Below are positions 34,432 through 43,865 of a DNA stretch of 64,000 nucleotides, in pieces. Each line of letters begins with the position of its first letter. Position 1 is the stretch's first letter. A program made the position numbers and the translations under genes. Source of the DNA: an uncultured Planctomycetota bacterium (GTDB lineage: Bacteria; Planctomycetota; Planctomycetia; Isosphaerales; Isosphaeraceae); assembly GCA_963823665.1 (NCBI GenBank), contig CAWGMQ010000005.1:704001-768000 (forward strand), in the 5' to 3' direction. Below the pieces are notes generated by a model. It searched no databases. It was not told the DNA's origin and worked only from the letters and a program-made list of their open reading frames with translations.

Positions 34432-35919
34432 CTACATTTTCTTATCCGTCTGCGGCCTTCCGGCCAGAGTGGATTCGCGGGTTTGCGGATCGGCCAGGGC
34501 GGGCTCGCGGCGGATGGCCTCAGCCAGATCGGCCTGGGCGCGGCTGGTTTTTCCCAGTGCCTCATAGGCCCGGCTACGGGCAAGGTAGACCAGAGACCAC
34601 GTCGGTGCGTGGCGGCGCGCTCGCTGCAAGTCAGAGATCGCTCGCCGATTGTTGCCGAGACCGAGGTGTGCCAGGCCGCGAAGATAATAGACGCCGGGAT
34701 CGCGGTTGGCGATTCGCCGGGCTGCATCCATGTCGATTCGAGCGAGATCATTGCGCCGCAGCCAGAGGTAAGCCTGAGCGCGACAGCACAAGGCGGCAAG
34801 GTCATCCGGGCTGTAGGCCAGCGACCAGCCGCAATCATCGATCGCTTCGGCATACTGACCAAGAGCCAGGTGTGATTGCGCCCGGTGCAGCCACGCTTCG
34901 GGGTCGCTCGGGTTCAACTGGAGCGCTCGGGAAAATGCGCCCACGGCGAGCTGGTGCTCGCCCTGGGACGCATGGAGCGTGCCTTGCGTGAAGTATCCGT
35001 CGGCAGTGCGGGCCGTCTCGAGCCCGGACTCTTCGATCACCTTGATCTCGTCTTCGCCAGGTTCGACGTCGACGGTTTGCTCGGAACTGTGGTCGACGGT
35101 CTCGACTTCCTCGGGTGGGGCTGGGCGCTCAACCGTGCCGGGTTGTTCCACCAAGCTCGAGGCGGGAGCGGTGGTGGAGCGGGACGGCATGCCGATCGAG
35201 GCGAGGCGTTTGAGCTCGGTCTTGAGCAATCCGCGCAGATCGGGCCGGAGGTGCTTGGCCCAGCGCGGCTGTTGTTCCCCGCGAGCGCGCGCGTAGAGCG
35301 CCAGTGCGTACGCATGTTCTGCAATATTCATATATCCTTGCCGGCTGAGGTTCCAGCCCTCGACGTTTCCGGACCGCCAGTTGACTTCTCGGATCGCGTT
35401 GTTGGCCGTGAAGACGCCCAGGCCGAAATAGACAGTGAGCAGGTCAGTGAGCGGCTCGTGGTCGGGTGTGCTCGGGTCGCATCGTTTGTCGGCGAGGAGG
35501 TGGACGTGGCCCAGCTCGTGGGCCAGGGTGCTGACGACCGCGTGCGGCTCGTCCAGCCGCGACTGCTCGAGCCAGATGGTGATTCTGCCCTCGTGTTCCT
35601 CGAATGCGCCCAAGGCGTAATCGCGCCGCAGGGTGGGATTGAAAGCCGCGGGCACCGGGTCGGCGGATGGGCTCGTGTAGAGCTGAAGGTCGAGGCGGTT
35701 GCGGTCGACGCTCATGTACGTGCAGAGGCGGTCGAGGAGCATGGCGGCACCTTCCGCGGAGGGCGAGTAACGGCCGGGAAAGAACTCGTCGGTGGGGGTG
35801 ACGACCGGGGCGCTCATTCGGTCATCGCCGAATTCCTGGCGCAGCCAGGCGAATCGGTCGTCGATCCACTGGCGCTGCTCGATAGTTAGCGGGGATTTGA
35901 GCTCGAACCAGCCGAACAT
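34432..35919 (-). CDS. Zincin-like (HExxH) domain + TPR repeat protein
   Basis: TLAHELGHVHL...DHEPLTDL, an acidic linker, then about 4-5 TPR repeats. Confidence 0.8.
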   Translation of the reverse strand: MFGWFELKSPLTIEQRQWIDDRFAWLRQEFGDDRMSAPVVTPTDEFFPGRYSPSAEGAAMLLDRLCTYMSVDRNRLDLQLYTSPSADPVPAAFNPTLRRDYALGAFEEHEGRITIWLEQSRLDEPHAVVSTLAHELGHVHLLADKRCDPSTPDHEPLTDLLTVYFGLGVFTANNAIREVNWRSGNVEGWNLSRQGYMNIAEHAYALALYARARGEQQPRWAKHLRPDLRGLLKTELKRLASIGMPSRSTTAPASSLVEQPGTVERPAPPEEVETVDHSSEQTVDVEPGEDEIKVIEESGLETARTADGYFTQGTLHASQGEHQLAVGAFSRALQLNPSDPEAWLHRAQSHLALGQYAEAIDDCGWSLAYSPDDLAALCCRAQAYLWLRRNDLARIDMDAARRIANRDPGVYYLRGLAHLGLGNNRRAISDLQRARRHAPTWSLVYLARSRAYEALGKTSRAQADLAEAIRREPALADPQTRESTLAGRPQTDKKM

Positions 35920-35930
35920 GGGTGAATGAA

Positions 35931-36542
35931 CTAGCCTCGTTTCTTGGCGGTCTTTCGTTTGCTACCGCGTTTGGGCCCGGTTTTCTTGGAAGTCGTTTTG
36001 GGAGCAGTTTTCCTGCCCGCGGTTTTCTTGTGTGTGGTTTTTTTCGGAGCGGTGGGTTGCTTTCGTGCGACGCCCGTGTCCGCGGCTGCCATTGGTGCGG
36101 TGGCTTTGGCAGTTCGGCGTCGGGGACCACCGTTTTTGGCCGTTGCAAGGCCGTGCTCGAGCGGCTCGACGTCGGGTGGTTGAGAGGCGGGCACGGATGG
36201 ACATTGCGCGTCAGGACGAATCCGCGAGCCGACCGTACAAAGGCTGATGGGCTTCATCGGATACGATTCCGAGATCTTACGGAGTATATCTTTCAAGAAA
36301 TCGGCATCACCAAAGTCGCCACCACCTATGAATTGGAACCCGCTGGGTGTTCCGTCCTGCACGTCGGCCCGTATGTTGAAGACTGGCGTGATCGGCTTGG
36401 GAGAGGCGGCGTTGCGCAGCTTGACAATGATGGACACGACGACTATTCCCTTATTCATCGGCATGAAGAATACTCCCGATCTCGAATCGTTGGTTTGTGG
36501 CTTCCAAAACGGCGCCGTAAGCGTTTGGCGATCCGACTTCAT
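35931..36542 (-). CDS. Hypothetical protein with a Lys/Thr-rich, histone H1-like C-terminal tail
   Basis: C-terminus KKTTHKKTAGRKTAPKTTSKKTGPKRGSKRKTAKKRG. In frame with the upstream gene. Confidence 0.55.
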   Translation of the reverse strand: MKSDRQTLTAPFWKPQTNDSRSGVFFMPMNKGIVVVSIIVKLRNAASPKPITPVFNIRADVQDGTPSGFQFIGGGDFGDADFLKDILRKISESYPMKPISLCTVGSRIRPDAQCPSVPASQPPDVEPLEHGLATAKNGGPRRRTAKATAPMAAADTGVARKQPTAPKKTTHKKTAGRKTAPKTTSKKTGPKRGSKRKTAKKRG

Positions 36543-36626
36543 CGCGCCGGCATTGTACAGGCCGAGAACACCGTTGTCAGGGGCCTGGCTCGCTCCGAGG
36601 CATTTCAGAATCGGATCGAGTCTCGA

Positions 36627-37643
36627 TCACATTGATTTGCCGATTTGCTGCTGCATACGTATGAGCTGCAGGTTGTTGTCAATGGTTTTAATCAACTGGG
36701 CCGTGTTCGGCACGGTCGGTTTGAAGAAGTCGAGCGCGATTTTGACGGGTTGATTTGCCATTAATGCGGGGAACTCATCTTTGGTGGCAGGGACATCCGA
36801 CGCAGCATAGCTGACGTAAAAACGCGTCGTGTTCTTGCCGGGACACAACAGCCCATCCTCTTCCTTGGGAAGGGGTGCCGGCAAGTCGGGCCCGTCGTAG
36901 GATTGTAGCTGGAGCGTGTAGGTCTTGTCCTTGATCGTGACATCAATCAAACCGGAGCTGTCCGGGATGGGTTTACTCAGCACGATAGTGAATTTAAGGA
37001 ACGTGTCGGATTCCTTGGCCAAAGTCGCGCAGACGACTGTGTTGTCGAACTTGTCGGGAATCGAAAGCGGCTGTCCTCGCTGAACTGTTGTTACCAACGC
37101 AAGCTTCAGGAATTCATATTTATATTCTACAGGTATCCAATAGTACATATCACCGCAACGTTGACAAAGATGGGCCGCTCCGTCCGGAGGAGGATAAGGC
37201 GTATGCACCAGCCGGGAGGGCTTTTTGCAAATGAATTCGAGGTATGCATCATAGACCTCGTTATGATCGATCACGGGGTCGGCAGTGACGGTGAGCGCGC
37301 TGGTCTGATACGCGCTCGGGTTGAAGGCGGAAGCATTCATAAAGCTGTGCGTCAATGTTCGGACCACGGTGGGAATGACCAGCATCTTGGTGTTCGTGGT
37401 GGTCTGGGTGCTGGTGAAACTGGCCATGCCGTTTTGCGTGATCGTTCCCGTAACCTTCGAGTAGTCCAACTGGACGATCGGCAGCCCTCGATCGGCGCGC
37501 ACGAGATTGTCCATGATCTGATTGGTGTACAAATCGAGAAGGCGGGTGCGGAACTGATCCTGATCCCTGGCGAGCTGCTCGGATCGACAGCCGAGGCCGC
37601 CCATGAGCGCAAGCGTCAGAAGTGGCAACGACGAACGTCTCAT
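36627..37643 (-). CDS. Hypothetical lipoprotein
   Basis: Lipobox LMGGLGC; 338 aa; no recognised domain. Confidence 0.7.
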   Translation of the reverse strand: MRRSSLPLLTLALMGGLGCRSEQLARDQDQFRTRLLDLYTNQIMDNLVRADRGLPIVQLDYSKVTGTITQNGMASFTSTQTTTNTKMLVIPTVVRTLTHSFMNASAFNPSAYQTSALTVTADPVIDHNEVYDAYLEFICKKPSRLVHTPYPPPDGAAHLCQRCGDMYYWIPVEYKYEFLKLALVTTVQRGQPLSIPDKFDNTVVCATLAKESDTFLKFTIVLSKPIPDSSGLIDVTIKDKTYTLQLQSYDGPDLPAPLPKEEDGLLCPGKNTTRFYVSYAASDVPATKDEFPALMANQPVKIALDFFKPTVPNTAQLIKTIDNNLQLIRMQQQIGKSM

Positions 37644-37989
37644 TCGGCGAGCCCCGGAATTGCTTCAACGAATCGACAAAGACGGTACAGCCATTCGCGG
37701 CAGACCATTCGGTTCATTAGGTATCGTCCAAATCGGCGTGATAACTGTTAGAATCCTTGCGTCCGGCTTACTTCTTCCCGATCAAGGTGCTGGCAGTCCG
37801 AGTTTTCGGTCGAGAAGCGTCGATCTAGATGCCTGCAACGTTGGACGAATTGTGCTCTTCTGGTGGGTGGAATTACGCTCACAACCTGTCGACCTAAAGT
37901 TCGATGCCCCGGGACGTTGAATGCCGGGGGCTGATCTGGTGTGCCGCAACTGCTTGCGCTGCTTGGTAGATACGTCGCTGGAGGCCTCT

Positions 37990-40900
37990 TTGAAACTGAG
38001 TCGAACGCGGAGGCGACCGGCATTTGAATTTGAGTCGCTCGAGGATCGCCGGCTCCTCGCTTCCACGGCCGCCTTTCCGTTTGCGGATGTGCGGTTCGGC
38101 GGCGTGCTTTACGAGATTGCGGTTGTGGCCGGCCCGGGTGGAGTTCAGACTCATCGAACCCGGCAGGGGATGGTCGGGATCAACCTGCTCGGAACCACGC
38201 AAGACAGCCAGGTCACGATCACGGCACTGATCTCGCACAAGGGCCAGGCCGTCAAGCGGCTAGCGGTCGGTGCCATCAACGTGCGCACGGGGCATGTCGG
38301 ATCGATCCAGGGACTGACCTCAACCAACCTCATGGGCCGGATATCGCCCTTGCAGGGCATCGTGAATTCGCTCCAGTTCAATTCGCTCGGTCCGGCGGCC
38401 CAGATCAGCGTGTTTGGAAACCTCGGTCAGTTGAGCGTCAACCAGGGAATCAGCCTGGGGAAGACGGGCCAGATCTACGTGTCGAACGATCTCACAGGCA
38501 CGTTCAGTGTGACGCGCGACGTGGACCTGGACGGTGGCCGTATTGCCGTCGGCCAAGACCTGAACGCATCGGTCGCACTGGGTGGGAACCTGGCACTGGC
38601 CGATAACGGCCAGTTCACCGTCGGGCGCAACCTGGGAGCGACGGCGAGCATGGCGGCCGCGGACACGATCACCGGGAACCTGAGCGTGGATTCCGGCAGC
38701 GAGTTTTCGATCGGCGGAAATCTCAGCGCGCTCTCGGTGAACGGCAATATCGAGGCGTCCGGGAACGGAGTGATTTCGGTCAAAGGTAATGTTACCAGTC
38801 TCAGCGTCAATGGCGGCGGAGGGGGCTCGGTTACGGGAAACGTGACCTTGAGCTCGGGCGGAGAACTTGTGGTTGGCCAGAACCTGGGCACGCTCACTGT
38901 CGGCAGCAACATTGTCACATCGACCAGCGGCAAGATTCAGGTCGACGGGAATCTCGGCACTCTGTCCGTCGGAGGCGGAATCATGGAGTCGACGGGGGGC
39001 ACGATCGCGATCGCGACGGATTTGACAGGCGCGCTCTCCGTGGCCGGCGCCGTGTCGTTGAACGGCGGTGTCTTCAGCGTTGGGCGAGACCTGAGCGGAT
39101 CGGTCGCCATTACGGGCAACCTCGGTCTGAGCAATAGCAGCGACTTTACTATCGGCCGCAACCTGGGCGCAACAGCGAGCATGGCGGCCGCGGACACGAT
39201 CACCGGGAACTTGACCGTCGACTCGGGCAGCGCGCTTTCCGTGGGCGGGAACTTGAGCGCGCTTACTGTCGGCGGCAATCTCGAGGCTTCAGGAAACGGG
39301 GCGATCTCCGTCGCCGGTAATGTCACCACGCTCATGGTGAACGGGGGCGGAGGGAGTTCGGCTACGGGGAACTTGATGTTGAGCTCCGGCGGCGAGCTCG
39401 TCGTCGGCCAGAACCTGAGCACGCTGACTGTCGGCAGCAACATTCTCACATCGACGAATGGCAAGATTCAGGTGGCCGGCAGTGTGGGCACTCTGTCCGT
39501 GGGCGGAGCCATCACGGAGTCGGCTGGCGGCGCGATCGCGATATCGACGAACCTGACGGGCCCGGTTTCCGTGACCGGCGCCGTGACTTTGAATGGGGGC
39601 ATCCTCAGCGTTGGCCAAGACCTGAGCGGGTCAGTCACGATCGGGGGAAACTTAGCACTGAGCAACAGCGGCCTGTTCACCGTTGGTCGCAATCTGGGGG
39701 CCACAGCTAGCGGGGCGGCTACGGATACTGTTACCGGCAACTTGACTGCGGACTCCGGCAGCGCGCTTTCCGTTGGCGGAAACTTAAGCGCGCTCACCGT
39801 GGGCGGCAATGTTGAAGCGTCGGGGAACGGAAAGATTTCAGTCACCGGTAATGTGACCACGCTCACGGTGAATGGGGGCGGTGGGGGTTCGGTTACAGGA
39901 AACGTGACCTTGAGCTCCGGCGGCGAGCTCGTCGTCGGCCAGAACCTGAGTACGCTTTCTGTGGGGAGCAACATTGTCACGTCGACGAGCGGCAAGCTAC
40001 AGGTGGTCGGTGATCTCGGGAGTTTATCCGTTGGCGGCAATATCACGGAATCGGCGGGCGGGTCAATCGTGATTTCCACCGACCTGACAGGCGGGCTTTC
40101 CGTAACGGGCGGCGTGTCGCTAGATGGCGGCGTGTTCAGTGTCGGCCGAGACCTGACCGGAACGGTCGCGATTGCGGGCAACCTGGCCCTGACCAACAGC
40201 GGCCACTTCACGGTCGGTCGCAACCTTGGGGCCACGGCGAGCATGGCAACCGACACCGTGACCGGTAACTTGAGTGTGGATTCAGAGAGCGAGCTTTCTG
40301 TCGGTGGAAACTTGAGCGCGCTGGCGGTCAATGGAAATGTCGAAGCGTCGGGGAACGGAGTGATTTCCGTGACGGGTATTCTCACGACCTTGACGGTGAG
40401 TGGCGGTGGTGGCAGCGCCGCTACTGGAGACGTGACGCTTGGATCGGGAGGGATGATCGACGTCGGTGGTAACTTGAACACTTTTTCAATTGGCAGCGAT
40501 CTCCAGACATCTGGCGGGGGTGAGGTCAAGGTGGGCGGAGACCTCGGCACTCTTTCTGTAACCGGTGTCATTCAAGGCAAGGGGAGCGACGATATCGTTG
40601 TGGGCGACGACCTGGGGCAGCTCACGGTGCTGGGTGGTGGGAGCAACGTATTCAGTCTCACTGATGTCGCGATCAGTGTCAGCGAGAATATTCAGGGGCT
40701 CGACATTCGCAATGGAATCACCAATAGCCTGATCACTGCAGGCATCCTGATCAACGGCGGCACGCCCGGCACCGGCTCGAACGGCTGGAACATCGGGTCT
40801 GAAGGGTCCTTCGCCGTGTTCGACTCGCAAATCCTCGCTGGTTTTGAAATCGAGAACCTGATCATCGGGGGCAACGTGGAGTCGGACATGCCGTCGAATC

Positions 40901-41286
40901 CGGCGGGGCTGCCGACCCGCATCGTTGCCGGCGAGTACCCTCAAAACACGTACGTGGCCGGAGGGATCATTGACAAGTTTCAAATCATCGGGAACCTGAT
41001 CGACTCCGTTGTTGCAGCCAGCGTTGAGCCGTACAACGGCATCTATCCTGAGCCGGCAGCGGGGCCGAACTCCACGGCTCCGCCGTTTGCGGATCCGAGC
41101 GTGCCCATGACCATCGTCCTCTTGGGGGGTTCGATCAATCCGAGCTACGCTACTTCGAGCGGAACGCCGAGCATGCTTACCGTGACGGGCGCCGTCGTGA
41201 CGAACACACACGTTTATACCGCGGATTACGCGGGGATCTTTGCTGCGAACACTGCGGGCGTGAAGGTTGGTGTGCCGAGTACGTGA
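37990..41286 (+). CDS. Large extracellular Gly/Ser/Thr/Val-rich repeat protein (planctomycete LEPR-xLL-type signal; beta-solenoid/adhesin-like)
   Basis: GGAGG RBS at 37980 then TTG, RRRPAFEFESLEDRRLLA, and internal repeats with a 531-bp period. Confidence 0.85.
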   Translation: MKLSRTRRRPAFEFESLEDRRLLASTAAFPFADVRFGGVLYEIAVVAGPGGVQTHRTRQGMVGINLLGTTQDSQVTITALISHKGQAVKRLAVGAINVRTGHVGSIQGLTSTNLMGRISPLQGIVNSLQFNSLGPAAQISVFGNLGQLSVNQGISLGKTGQIYVSNDLTGTFSVTRDVDLDGGRIAVGQDLNASVALGGNLALADNGQFTVGRNLGATASMAAADTITGNLSVDSGSEFSIGGNLSALSVNGNIEASGNGVISVKGNVTSLSVNGGGGGSVTGNVTLSSGGELVVGQNLGTLTVGSNIVTSTSGKIQVDGNLGTLSVGGGIMESTGGTIAIATDLTGALSVAGAVSLNGGVFSVGRDLSGSVAITGNLGLSNSSDFTIGRNLGATASMAAADTITGNLTVDSGSALSVGGNLSALTVGGNLEASGNGAISVAGNVTTLMVNGGGGSSATGNLMLSSGGELVVGQNLSTLTVGSNILTSTNGKIQVAGSVGTLSVGGAITESAGGAIAISTNLTGPVSVTGAVTLNGGILSVGQDLSGSVTIGGNLALSNSGLFTVGRNLGATASGAATDTVTGNLTADSGSALSVGGNLSALTVGGNVEASGNGKISVTGNVTTLTVNGGGGGSVTGNVTLSSGGELVVGQNLSTLSVGSNIVTSTSGKLQVVGDLGSLSVGGNITESAGGSIVISTDLTGGLSVTGGVSLDGGVFSVGRDLTGTVAIAGNLALTNSGHFTVGRNLGATASMATDTVTGNLSVDSESELSVGGNLSALAVNGNVEASGNGVISVTGILTTLTVSGGGGSAATGDVTLGSGGMIDVGGNLNTFSIGSDLQTSGGGEVKVGGDLGTLSVTGVIQGKGSDDIVVGDDLGQLTVLGGGSNVFSLTDVAISVSENIQGLDIRNGITNSLITAGILINGGTPGTGSNGWNIGSEGSFAVFDSQILAGFEIENLIIGGNVESDMPSNPAGLPTRIVAGEYPQNTYVAGGIIDKFQIIGNLIDSVVAASVEPYNGIYPEPAAGPNSTAPPFADPSVPMTIVLLGGSINPSYATSSGTPSMLTVTGAVVTNTHVYTADYAGIFAANTAGVKVGVPST
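38480..40560 (+). repeat. Intragenic tandem repeat, 531 bp (177 aa) period, about 3.5-4 copies
   Basis: The GRNLGATAS anchor (Arg codon) falls at 38626, 39157, 39688 and 40219. Outer boundaries are approximate. Confidence 0.9.
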
Positions 41287-41647
41287 CAGTTAGCGACATT
41301 CGTATTTCCGGTCGGCGCAGAAACCTTTGCTCGGCAGAGTGAGCGTCGCTCCCGACATGGCGCAGTGGGCACAGGGGTGGCGAGTGGATTCGATCCAAGG
41401 TCGATCCCACGGTTGACTTGATAGCGTCTGGCTGATCGTGTCTCATAGAGGAGCTCGGTTCGTGGGGATCACCGTCGAGTTGCCGGGTCGCTGAAGTGCG
41501 ACCCAATCGTGTTCGACGCTCCGGAGGCTCGCGCCCTGTGATCGCCAATTCGTGGGAAGCGAAGTACTTATCCAGTCGCCGCAATTCGTCTGTCAAAACG
41601 AAGAGGCGCTCTCCTCCTGTGACGAATCACATGATAGGATCGGCGGA

Positions 41648-42801
41648 ATGGCGACAATGGTACCTTTGCCGCAACCGGTGATCGAGAGGGCTGAACCGTA
41701 CGAACGGTTTCCCGTCGACAAGCTGCTGCTCGATTGGCGCAATCCGAGGCTCGCAGAGTACGGGGTTCAGGCCGACGTCGGCCAGTCCGAGCTACTCAAG
41801 ATACTCTGGCAGAAGGTGGCGATCGAGGAGCTCGCCATGTCGATCACCTACAACGGGTATTTCATCCACGAACCGCTGCTGCTGGAAGACGAGGGTGACA
41901 ACTACGTTGTCATCGAGGGCAACAGACGATTAGCTGCCGTGAAACTTCTCCTGGACGAAACGCTCCGCGAGCGTCTGCGAGCCACTGACCTTCCGCCGAT
42001 CAACAGAGAGCGTCAGGAGGAGCTCGCGGCGCTTCCCGGTTTGGTCACGACGCGGAAAAAGGTTTGGCGCTACCTCGGGTTCAAGCACGTCAACGGACCT
42101 TCGAGCTATAGCTCGTACTCCAAGGCGCGTTACATCGCGGCACTGCATGATGACTATGGGGTTTCCCTTGAAGACATTGCCCGCCAAGTGGGCGATCGTA
42201 ACTCGACCGTCGAACGCATGTATCGCGGTCTGATGGTGATCGATCAGGCCGAAAGGGCTGGTCTGTTCGATCGGCGGGAGACGTCCAAGCCGTCATTCCA
42301 TTTCAGTTACATCTATACTGCGCTTGACTATCCGGGCTTCAAAAGCTTTCTCGGGTTTGATGCGAAGGGCACGACCGAGCGAGAGCCGGTCCCAAAGAGC
42401 AGGCTCAAACAGCTCGGCGAGGTCTGCGCCTGGCTCTATGGCGATAGCCTCCGTGACAAGCCATCTCTGATCCAGTCCCAGAACCTCGACCTGAAAATCC
42501 TCGACAGCGTGCTCATGAGCAAAGCCGGGGTCGAAGCGCTACGTGAAGGACTTCCACTAGGCCTCGCCAAGGATATCAGCCCGGGCGACGACAAGCTTTC
42601 CGCGAGGCGCTCCGGCAATCGAAAGAGGACCTCCGGAAAACGCACGGGACACTGAGCGCGGGGCTCAGCCCCACCGACAGTGAGATGCTCAAGCTTGCCA
42701 GCGATACCGAGGATCTTGCGAGCGACCTGATGGCGGGAATGATGCAGAAGAGGAAGAAGGCGAAGCGGGTGCTGGACAGGGAAAAAGAGTGCGATGAGTA
42801 G
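41648..42801 (+). CDS. ParB/Srx-like N-terminal domain protein, frameshift near 42598
   Basis: LLLDWRNPRL, GYFIHEPL and YVVIEGNRRLAAVKLL. A +1 T at aagcttt(t)c restores a helical C-terminus whose TAG overlaps the next ATG. Confidence 0.8.
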
Positions 42802-43744
42802 CCTCTTGTATGTGGCTTCCGGCGACGACGAGGTTGTCGAACATGCGGATTGGGTCGAGGCCAGTTCACTCTTCAAGGCCGATGGCAACATCTCCCGGGA
42901 GGACCTCGCGCGAGCGATCACCGTCGATGGATCTCTATCACAGCAAAAGGCCAGGGAGCGTGCCGAGGAGGCTTTCGACGAGATTGCCGACCGCATCCGA
43001 GCGTGCGCCGCCAATGCCCATCCCAGAATTAGTTGCTATCCGTTCGAGCTCATCGAACATGGTGAGGTCTTACAGAAGATGAGTGTCGATTCGGCCGAGC
43101 CGGATGCAGGACTACTCTATCTGTTCCTCCTCGTACTTGCGCGGTCCGACATGAGTTCGCCTGCTCGCGCGAAACATCCGATGGACCCGACAAAGATCTT
43201 TGAACGGCTTTGCGCCGATGTGCTTCTGGAATTTTGGGGCGGGGGGTCCGATCATTCGAACGCCATCGTGTTCGGCACAGCGAGGACAGGATCGCAGCGC
43301 ACGTTCCAAGCCAAGATCGACGGGCTGTGCGACCACCTACAGGAAGGGATGGGTTGGAAACCTGACGCGTGGTCGCCTGGCGCAGGAGACGGCAAACTGG
43401 ATGTGGTCGTCTTCCGACGCTTCCAGGATGAGCGGCAGGGAAACCTCGTCGGCTTTGCGCAATGCAAAACTGGGATCCACTGGAGGGAGCACCTGACAAA
43501 ACTCCAACCGGCTGCGTTTTGTCATAATTATATGCGCAAGCCACTCGTCGTTGAGCCCATTCGACTTTACATGGTACCGCACCGGATCAATGCCGAACGG
43601 TGGGACGAAGACAGTCGAGCTGGAGGCCTTCTCTTCGACCGCTGCCGGATTTTGCACTACGGGAACTTGATCAAGCGAGAAACGCTGGATCATTGCCGGA
43701 CTTGGCTCCGATCCGCGCTCGCCAAGGTCTCAAAGAAACGGTGA
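42794..43744 (+). CDS. PD-(D/E)XK restriction-endonuclease-like protein
   Basis: KIFERLC...GAGDGKLDVV...FAQCKTG (E...D...QxK, Mrr-like active-site pattern) and LLFDRCRI. Confidence 0.7.
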   Translation: MSSLLYVASGDDEVVEHADWVEASSLFKADGNISREDLARAITVDGSLSQQKARERAEEAFDEIADRIRACAANAHPRISCYPFELIEHGEVLQKMSVDSAEPDAGLLYLFLLVLARSDMSSPARAKHPMDPTKIFERLCADVLLEFWGGGSDHSNAIVFGTARTGSQRTFQAKIDGLCDHLQEGMGWKPDAWSPGAGDGKLDVVVFRRFQDERQGNLVGFAQCKTGIHWREHLTKLQPAAFCHNYMRKPLVVEPIRLYMVPHRINAERWDEDSRAGGLLFDRCRILHYGNLIKRETLDHCRTWLRSALAKVSKKR

Positions 43745-43865
43745 GTCGTCGCTTCTGTTCGATCGATCCGTCTTGTGCGGTGTTTTCCGACTTCTTCGCG
43801 GAGCGTTGGATTCAACGCCTACGCAACTGGCCGGACGGCAAAGCTTCCCGGCCGTGCACGCCAGC

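Noticed and set aside
36627..36629. In-frame TGA as a selenocysteine codon
   Set aside because: There is no redox-motif context, and I could not identify a convincing SECIS-like hairpin by eye.
38480..40560. Repeats as a possible CRISPR array or assembly collapse
   Set aside because: The period is 531 bp, in frame and synonymously diverged, with no short repeat-spacer structure and no cas genes.
41290..41640. Intergenic region as a tRNA/attachment site or ncRNA at the island border
   Set aside because: No cloverleaf, T-loop/CCA or flanking direct repeat was found, and there is no integrase in the window.
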